DNA of 64,000 nt from NCBI GenBank assembly GCA_963663965.2, contig CAXXFK010000030.1, forward strand, positions 64,001 to 128,000, written 5' to 3'. This document shows, piece by piece, positions 62,201 through 64,000 of the stretch. The translations under genes and the position numbers were made by a program. Within the stretch, counting starts at the first letter, position 1; the number at the start of each line of letters is the position of its first letter. The DNA is from Sedimentisphaerales bacterium (GTDB taxonomy: Bacteria; Planctomycetota; Phycisphaerae; Sedimentisphaerales; SM23-30). Below the pieces are notes generated by a model. That model was not told the origin of the DNA and ran no database searches. It saw nothing but the letters and a program-made list of their open reading frames with translations.

Positions 62201-63823
62201 GTGAAACATCATTTTAATCACATTGACTATATCGGTATCTGGATTGTTGTATGCGCGCTGGGCGGCTTTTTGTATGGCAAGCAGGCGCCTCAGCCGTTAT
62301 TCATTACCTCGGACCGCTGCATGGCCTGTCATAACGGTCTGACCGACGACGCCGGCAAGGATGTCTCGATCGGGGCTAACTGGCGCGGGTCCATGATGGC
62401 CCATTCGGCTCTCGATCCATATTGGCAGGCCGGGGTTCGGCGCGAGATTATGGAACATCCGGAGGCAAAGGAGGCCATCGAAGACAAGTGTTCATCATGC
62501 CATATGCCCATGGCGCGATTTATGGCGAAAGCCGGTCAGCAAAAGGGCCAGGTATTCGCGCATCTGCCTTTTACCCGGATGATGGGTGCGAACGCTCCGC
62601 TGGCGTTTGACGGGGTGTCCTGTACGATGTGTCATCAGATCAGCGCGGAGAAGCTGGGTACGAAGGAGAGTTTTACCGCCGGGTTCGTGGTCGATACGGT
62701 TAAACCCCTGGGCGCACGCACGGTCTATGGCCCGTTTGAAATCGATCCCGGTCGGCAGCGGGTCATGCGGTCTTCGGCGCTGTTAGAACCTGCCGAAAGC
62801 AAACATATCCAGGACTCATCTTTTTGCGCTTCGTGTCATACGCTTTATACCCATTCGCTGGGGGCGGACGGTGAAGTTGTGGGCGAACTGCCGGAACAGG
62901 TGCCTTATCTGGAATGGTATCACAGCAGCTATAAAGATATCCGGAGCTGTCAATCCTGTCATATGCCTGAGTTGAAGAACCCGACGCCGGTTACTTCGGT
63001 GTTGGGAATCGCGCGGGAGGCCTTTTCGCGGCATGTCTTTCGCGGCGGTAATTTCTTTATGCCGAAAATCTTCAATCTCAATCGCGTCGAACTGAGTGTG
63101 CAGGCGTTGCCAAACGATCTCGATCGAATGGCCGAGGAAACGGCCCAGCATCTGAAGGATAAAGCGGCCGGCCTGACTATCGAGAGCGCCAAACTGGGCG
63201 ATGGTGAGATACAGCTGGACGTCCGGGTTCGCAACTTAACCGGGCATAAACTGCCGACGGCTTATCCGTCGCGGCGGGTGTGGCTGGCGCTGGATGTGAC
63301 CGATGAGAAGGGCCGGACGGTCTTTTCATCGGGGAAACTGAATAAGGACGGTTCGATTGCGGGCAACGATAACGACGCGAACGCGGCCAAATACGAACCG
63401 CACTATGACCTGATTACCCGTTCGGACCAGGTGCAGATTTATGAATCGGTTATGGCCGACTATGAAAACAAGGTTACCACCAGTCTGCTGGCCGGATTGC
63501 GGTTTGTTAAAGACAACCGCGTTCTGCCCCGTGGATTCGATAAAAAAACCGCTGACGACGATATTGCGGTCCAGGGAGCGGCGGCGCGGGATAGTAATTT
63601 CGATGGCTTCGGCGATATCGTTAAGTATGCGATCAAAGCCGATAACGCCGCCGGGCCGTATCGCGTCAGCGCGACTTTGTACTATCAGCCTATCGGATTC
63701 CGCTGGGCCCGGAACCTTAACGAGTTTAAGGCGATGGAAACGGAGCGGTTTGTGAAATACTATGATGAGTTGGCCCATTTATCCGCGATTGCGCTGGCGC
63801 AAGAGGCGGTTGTGGTGGAGTAG
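62201..63823 (+). CDS. pentaheme c-type cytochrome
   Basis: CMACH, CSSCH, CTMCH, CASCH, CQSCH; H.FRGGN, GHKLPT; AAGGAG RBS before GTG. Confidence 0.9.
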   Translation: MKHHFNHIDYIGIWIVVCALGGFLYGKQAPQPLFITSDRCMACHNGLTDDAGKDVSIGANWRGSMMAHSALDPYWQAGVRREIMEHPEAKEAIEDKCSSCHMPMARFMAKAGQQKGQVFAHLPFTRMMGANAPLAFDGVSCTMCHQISAEKLGTKESFTAGFVVDTVKPLGARTVYGPFEIDPGRQRVMRSSALLEPAESKHIQDSSFCASCHTLYTHSLGADGEVVGELPEQVPYLEWYHSSYKDIRSCQSCHMPELKNPTPVTSVLGIAREAFSRHVFRGGNFFMPKIFNLNRVELSVQALPNDLDRMAEETAQHLKDKAAGLTIESAKLGDGEIQLDVRVRNLTGHKLPTAYPSRRVWLALDVTDEKGRTVFSSGKLNKDGSIAGNDNDANAAKYEPHYDLITRSDQVQIYESVMADYENKVTTSLLAGLRFVKDNRVLPRGFDKKTADDDIAVQGAAARDSNFDGFGDIVKYAIKADNAAGPYRVSATLYYQPIGFRWARNLNEFKAMETERFVKYYDELAHLSAIALAQEAVVVE

Positions 63824-63932
63824 TTGTGTGTCATTTGTGAGCCTGATAGAGACGCAAGGCCTTGCGTCTCTACTGTTGGGCTTTAGTGATGGGATGGAGA
63901 GGTTGAATTTTAAAGGCGATGAGGTGTGAGTT

Positions 63933-64000
63933 ATGCGTGAGAAGAAGATCATTGGGCGGATTATATGGATTGGCGTTGTTTTGGTTGTTGCGGCGGGAGT
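63933..64000 (+). CDS. start of secreted/membrane protein (runs off window)
   Basis: GAGGTG RBS, MREKKIIGRIIWIGVVLVVAAG. Confidence 0.5.
   Translation, partial: MREKKIIGRIIWIGVVLVVAAG

Overview
Bacterial chromosomal window, most likely from a Planctomycetota (Phycisphaerae-like) genome. This assignment is inferred from dockerin-like and PQQ-propeller secreted proteins, a planctomycete-style Rhs core, mreBCD and a Hanks-type kinase. 1-29.3 kb is fairly ordinary: MscS, cheW plus an MCP, GH3, mreBCD, radical SAM enzymes, Ser/Thr kinase, K+ channel, ECF sigma factor, ABC ATPase, YgiQ and a pseudopilin. 29.3-49.7 kb is an accessory region of mostly co-oriented small genes (orphan Rhs-phospholipase toxin module, immunity-like genes, two serpin-like paralogs, a radical SAM pair, YcxB proteins) separated by many families of short repeats. 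49.8-55.5 kb holds frameshifted carbohydrate-active genes, probably sequencing errors. 58.2-60.5 kb holds a lone terminase large subunit with a possible small subunit and no other phage genes. 61-63.8 kb holds a cytochrome c/beta-barrel fusion and a pentaheme cytochrome. The most striking unexplained signal is non-coding: a polar bipartite DNA motif, a 25-bp TAA-N19-TTA palindrome followed exactly 43 bp after its start by TTGGGTT(C/T)GTTT. It occurs five times: twice in each of two homologous ~0.7-0.8 kb promoter/boxA-like non-coding elements and once at the end of the gene upstream of the orphan terminase, in DNA that appears strongly G-skewed on the + strand. No tRNA, rRNA, CRISPR array or integrase was found.
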